DNA of 64,000 bases from Candidatus Algichlamydia australiensis. GTDB taxonomy: Bacteria; Chlamydiota; Chlamydiia; Chlamydiales; JAJFMI01. The translations under genes and the position numbers were made by a program. Position 1 is the first letter of the stretch. Each line of letters begins with the position of its first letter. Positions 59,924 to 64,000 of this stretch are shown here, piece after piece. The notes under the pieces were generated by a model. The model searched no databases. It saw only the letters and a program-made list of their open reading frames with translations, and was not told the DNA's origin. The stretch spans positions 640,001 through 704,000 of the forward strand of contig JAXCHI010000003.1 of NCBI GenBank assembly GCA_033977065.1, in the 5' to 3' direction.

Positions 59924-60299
59924 AGAGCGTGTGCGCCAGGCACTTTTGCAATTGATGAAGGGGCAGCTAGGCTACCCCTCTGCGATGTTGGTTGTAGAAA
60001 AAGAGCTATCTCAGCTCCCACACTTGCAAAAAAATAGCGCCTCTCTTCCGCAAAGACGTATTGATCTTCTTGTCTATCGCAAAAGTGGGGAAAATCTTTT
60101 GCCTTTGTTGCTTGTTGAGTGCAAAGCTGAGCACGCTGATCGCAAAGCAATTGAGCAGTTAATGGGTTACAATCACTATGTAGGCGCGCCCTTTGTTGCG
60201 GTCGTAAGCAAAACGGCGCAACTTACAGGGTGGCAGGGCAGGTCTGGTCTAGAATTTTCAGAGGGACTTTTTACTTATGAGCAACTCCTCAACAGTTGA
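59877..60299 (+). CDS. Stand-alone HsdR N-terminal-like (PD-(D/E)xK) domain protein
   Basis: PEERVRQ, GYP, RIDL, VECK, QLMGYN. Confidence 0.8.
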   Translation: MVATALFLRRSALFPEERVRQALLQLMKGQLGYPSAMLVVEKELSQLPHLQKNSASLPQRRIDLLVYRKSGENLLPLLLVECKAEHADRKAIEQLMGYNHYVGAPFVAVVSKTAQLTGWQGRSGLEFSEGLFTYEQLLNS

Positions 60300-61359
60300 A
60301 ATTCATTTAGATGCAGACTTTCTCCAAAGCTTGCCGGCAGATCCTACCCCCATTTTTAAACAGCTTGCATGGAAACATCTTTTTCAAAAACTCTCCTACC
60401 ACGCAACGCTTCCTGAGGCGCGTGCCTTAATTCCTCAGTTGCAGCACGTGGTAGAACAGGTCCACCTTGTTGCAAGCGATTATCGCGACTTGCGTATCCA
60501 AACCACGAAAAATTTGCTCAATTTCATTTCGTATCCTCAAGAGATTGCTTCTGGTGAGACTCTCTCTTTTTCCCATTATCCCGCGATCGTCTGTGGCTCT
60601 GGCCCCTCTTTAGAAAACTCTTTTCCTGTGCTGCAAGCGCTGCAGGGAAAAGCTCTTATTATCGGGTGCGGCTCCTCTCTACCAAAACTTTTGCGCGCAG
60701 GTATTATTCCTACTTTTGCAGCGTGCATCGACCCTAATCCTGAAATAGATCCTCTTTTTGCAGAAGCAAAGGTGCCCCTGCTCTTTCAAGAGCGTGTGGG
60801 ACAAAAGCTTTTTCAAACACTGCCAGGACCTAAAGTCTATATGGGAAGCTCCAGCGCGTTTCCGTTAGATCACTATCTGCTCAAAGCCGCCGGCATCAAA
60901 CCCTTCTTTTTAGATGCAGGTTGGGGGGCTGCAACGTTTGGGGCGGCTTGCGCGAAGCAGTGGGGCTGCTTACAAATTGCGATCTGCGGTGTTGATGGAG
61001 CAGAGCAACTGGATCGCGTGCATAGTCGCAAGTGGATGGAAAATATTGCTCTTACTCCACTCGATCAAATCACTCCTCGAGCGCTCCCTCCATTTGCGGT
61101 CAAAAAAATCAAGAGACAATCCCCAGAAAAACAAATGGCGCATCTTCGCCAAGAAATCATGCGACTTGATGCTCTAAAATCGGAGCCGCGTCCCATCTTT
61201 GAAGCAGAACTCTCAACCTCTCTGTTAAGTGAGCTCATCTTTGATCCTATTTGGCTAATCTACAAACATCTTTTTCTTCGTGAAAAAGGAGAAATTGGGA
61301 CTCATCAATTTTTCTTCTATCAACGCCTCCTCAACGCCTACAAAGAGGTCCTATGCTAG
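60277..61359 (+). CDS. Maf/DUF115 (MptE-like) family protein
   Basis: AIVCGSGPSL, GIIPTF, IDP, GCLQIAICGVD. Confidence 0.8.
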   Translation: MSNSSTVEIHLDADFLQSLPADPTPIFKQLAWKHLFQKLSYHATLPEARALIPQLQHVVEQVHLVASDYRDLRIQTTKNLLNFISYPQEIASGETLSFSHYPAIVCGSGPSLENSFPVLQALQGKALIIGCGSSLPKLLRAGIIPTFAACIDPNPEIDPLFAEAKVPLLFQERVGQKLFQTLPGPKVYMGSSSAFPLDHYLLKAAGIKPFFLDAGWGAATFGAACAKQWGCLQIAICGVDGAEQLDRVHSRKWMENIALTPLDQITPRALPPFAVKKIKRQSPEKQMAHLRQEIMRLDALKSEPRPIFEAELSTSLLSELIFDPIWLIYKHLFLREKGEIGTHQFFFYQRLLNAYKEVLC

Positions 61360-62894
61360 AGACCCGTTATCCGCAGCTGGCATTTCTTTTACGCATGACG
61401 GAACAAAAGAGTGCACCGCCACTGCTCCAACCTCTTCCAGAACTCAATTTAGAGGAGAAAGAGATTCTCTACCTCTTTGGTGTTGGACACTATGACAAAT
61501 TAAAAAGTTGGTTACATGAGAAAGAGGAGCGCAAACTGATCTATTTAGAAGATGACTTGCAAGCGCTGCACCACATCCAAGACTTTTCTTTCTTAAACGA
61601 TCCCCAGGTGCATTTGCGCGCCCTGATGCCTGATGCTCCAATTGAGACATTTGCAGAAGAGATTGCCCACACTTTTCCTTTTGACCAAATTGAAATTGCG
61701 GCTTTGAAAAAATCTCCCCGTTTTTCCGAACTCAAACTTCTTCTGCAGCGCAAAACCACCGTCCAGCACGCAATTTTTCAAGAGCGTTACTACTACCCAA
61801 AACTCGCAGCTAACCTTTTTGAAAATTTTCCCCAAATCCCAGGCTCTGCCTACGTCAACCAATGGGAAAATGCCTTTTCTCATCTGCCAGCCATTATTTG
61901 CGGTGCGGGGCCCTCTATCGAAACGATTCTGCCGCAACTTGCTCAACTGCAAAACCGCGCACTCATCATCGCAGGAGGAACTGCAATTACAGCCCTCACA
62001 AGAGCAGGCATCATCCCACACCTAGGCATTGCACTCGACCCCAACCCCGAGGAGTATCACCACCTCAAAGAACATCAAGCAGGCGACATGCCACTCATCT
62101 TTGCCTCACGTCTGCAACCTAAAGCACTGCGCCTCTTTTCCGGCAAAAAAATCTACTACCGCAGCTTTACAGGTGGGCCTTTGGAAACATGGCTTGAAGA
62201 ACAAATTGGTCTCACTGATCCGCCCTTACAAAAAACCGCGCACAAAGAGGCGCTCTCTGTTACCACCGCTGCTCTAAATATTGCCGCACATCTCGGTTGT
62301 AAACAGATCCACCTCGCAGGGGTTGACCTTGCTTACACAAACGGCTTGCGTTACCCAAAAGGAATCAAAGCGTTTCCCGCAAAAAGCAAACGCGTGCGTG
62401 ATGAAAAACTCCTCCGAACCAATTGGAAAGGGGAGGAGATAGAGACTCAAGTGAAATGGGTGATGGAAGCGGATTGGATTGCTGCCTTTGCCAAAACGCA
62501 TTCTGACTGTGTCGTTACCTCGTGTACAAACGGCGGTTTATGCCTTGGTATTCCTTATAAGCCGCTCAAGCCGTCAACTCTTCCCGTCCAAAATATTGAC
62601 GTTAACAGACAGATTAAAGAAACGATTCTTAACATTGATATCGAAGCCCCCTTGAAAAAACTATCTGAGAGCCTCATCCGCTGCAAAAAATTTATTGAAG
62701 AGCTAGAGGGGCCCCTCTACGATGTTGCTCTTCTAGACCTGCAAGCTGAGCTCGCTTATCCCATCTGCTTCAAACTCTTTCATGAAGCTGTGCAAAAGCG
62801 CTTCCCAACAAAAGCTAAGCAAATCCATTATCTGAAACTGGCCATAAAAGCATATTTCGAATTTAAAGATGCTTGTCTCTCACAGAGTCAATAA
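61353..62894 (+). CDS. Maf/DUF115 (MptE-like) family protein
   Basis: AIICGAGPS, GIIPH, LDP, LGCKQIHLAGVDLAY. Confidence 0.85.
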   Translation: MLETRYPQLAFLLRMTEQKSAPPLLQPLPELNLEEKEILYLFGVGHYDKLKSWLHEKEERKLIYLEDDLQALHHIQDFSFLNDPQVHLRALMPDAPIETFAEEIAHTFPFDQIEIAALKKSPRFSELKLLLQRKTTVQHAIFQERYYYPKLAANLFENFPQIPGSAYVNQWENAFSHLPAIICGAGPSIETILPQLAQLQNRALIIAGGTAITALTRAGIIPHLGIALDPNPEEYHHLKEHQAGDMPLIFASRLQPKALRLFSGKKIYYRSFTGGPLETWLEEQIGLTDPPLQKTAHKEALSVTTAALNIAAHLGCKQIHLAGVDLAYTNGLRYPKGIKAFPAKSKRVRDEKLLRTNWKGEEIETQVKWVMEADWIAAFAKTHSDCVVTSCTNGGLCLGIPYKPLKPSTLPVQNIDVNRQIKETILNIDIEAPLKKLSESLIRCKKFIEELEGPLYDVALLDLQAELAYPICFKLFHEAVQKRFPTKAKQIHYLKLAIKAYFEFKDACLSQSQ

Positions 62895-62916
62895 AATAAA
62901 AAAATGCATTACAAAA

Positions 62917-64000
62917 TTAATTTTTAAGCGAGTCAACTTCAGCTTGCAAAGCGTCTATTTTTTGATTTAGATCCAATTGAATTTGGCTAATTGCTGGTAA
63001 AATTTGCGCCATAACTTTTTCAGTTGCACTGGTAGCAACTGCATTTACTAGATCGCTGTTACCTAGTAGGCTGTTTTTTACTCCCTCTGTAATTCCTTCT
63101 GTTATTTCAGTTTGAACAATTCTTGGTAAGTCTCTCATGTAACTTTGTATTCTAACGTCCAGCTCGTTTACCTTTTTTTGTGCACTTATTTCTGTTAAAA
63201 CAGTTGTTTTTGCTTGAGCCTGTGCATTCATCGATTGCACTGATGTCATTAGGGATTGCAAATGCAACTTTAATTGTTTTACCTGTATTTCAAGTTGTGT
63301 AACCTCGTCTGATAGATGCAGGTGCATACCCCTGTTTGGGGGGGCTTCACCATCATCATTGATTTTTGGGACCCGATTGACAACTCCTCTAACCGTTATA
63401 TTTACTCCCGAAAGGTAATCACGATTTTTTATGGCTGCTATCCTCTTCTTTTCCTCTTGATCCCAGTGTATAATTCCTGGGTATGCCAGAATAATAGAAG
63501 TTCCCGTTACACGTCGCATAGAAATGTCTGTATGTAACCCTGCTGAAGGACCGATTTTTTCTAAAGACCACGTTGCATGATCGGGTACGGGGGATGAGTG
63601 TTTATACCATGAGAGAAGGTAAGGCTTGTTTTCAATAAATGGATTTAGATCTCTGTTATGGGGAACTTCTAAGTAGGCGTCTCCCTGAATAAAGCGGGTA
63701 TTAGAAACTATTGAAAAAGTTCCATCTTCGTTTTTAACAAGCCTCCATGATGCATGGGGGTTAGAATGAGGGTGCTCGTAAACGCCAACTTCTTTAGTTG
63801 CAACATCGTTTGTGTGTACAATCTCAAGCACCATATTGAAATGGTTAAGATTTCGAAAGAGGAAGCCATTCTCGACAGATATTGATTCCCAAAGATATTT
63901 TCTTGGTATGCGTTGTTCTTTTACTTTAATGTTTTCATTTCCACTAGCATACAAGTAGTGTCCATATTTCTTATTAACAATAACGCAAGAATCACTATCT
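62917..64000 (-). CDS. Hypothetical protein, possible beta-trefoil region plus C-terminal coiled coil (5' end outside window)
   Basis: Frame open to window edge (DSDSCVIVNKKYGHYLYAS...); WRLVKNEDGTFSIVS-type repeats; heptad-rich tail. Confidence 0.65.
   Translation of the reverse strand, partial: DSDSCVIVNKKYGHYLYASGNENIKVKEQRIPRKYLWESISVENGFLFRNLNHFNMVLEIVHTNDVATKEVGVYEHPHSNPHASWRLVKNEDGTFSIVSNTRFIQGDAYLEVPHNRDLNPFIENKPYLLSWYKHSSPVPDHATWSLEKIGPSAGLHTDISMRRVTGTSIILAYPGIIHWDQEEKKRIAAIKNRDYLSGVNITVRGVVNRVPKINDDGEAPPNRGMHLHLSDEVTQLEIQVKQLKLHLQSLMTSVQSMNAQAQAKTTVLTEISAQKKVNELDVRIQSYMRDLPRIVQTEITEGITEGVKNSLLGNSDLVNAVATSATEKVMAQILPAISQIQLDLNQKIDALQAEVDSLKN

Noticed and set aside
59877..60299. Type I restriction-modification system
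   Set aside because: Only a 140-aa HsdR N-terminal-like domain; no hsdM, hsdS or helicase part nearby.

Overview
This 64-kb window is chromosome from an environmental Chlamydiota bacterium (Simkaniaceae/Parachlamydiales-like; inferred from scc4-cdsD, tig-clpP-clpX, SNF2-mreB-pckG, kdsA-lpt and pheT-MORN lipoprotein-ogt gene order). It has four tRNAs (Gly-GCC, Arg-TCT, Leu-GAG, Arg-TCG). Accessory cargo: a signal-peptide RHS protein with an alpha/beta-hydrolase tip plus a likely immunity gene, an orphan SUKH/SMI1-like gene, a Fic gene behind a six-site operator array, a BlaI/M56 module with two operators, and a tandem array of five paralogous membrane proteins. The most unusual signal is non-coding: at least five families (my labels A-E) of roughly 50-175 bp elements that are imperfect palindromes over their whole length. 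Several are TA-flanked, and no transposase is present in the window. Family B has three near-identical 165-bp copies. Two elements break genes that are restored in frame on excision (a Nudix hydrolase missed by the ORF track, and a 351-aa tail-anchored protein). One is nested in another. Families C and D sit in same-orientation 5' leaders (rpsD and SNF2; both tRNA-Arg genes), with stems preserved despite sequence divergence. All calls are by eye; no searches or folding programs were run.
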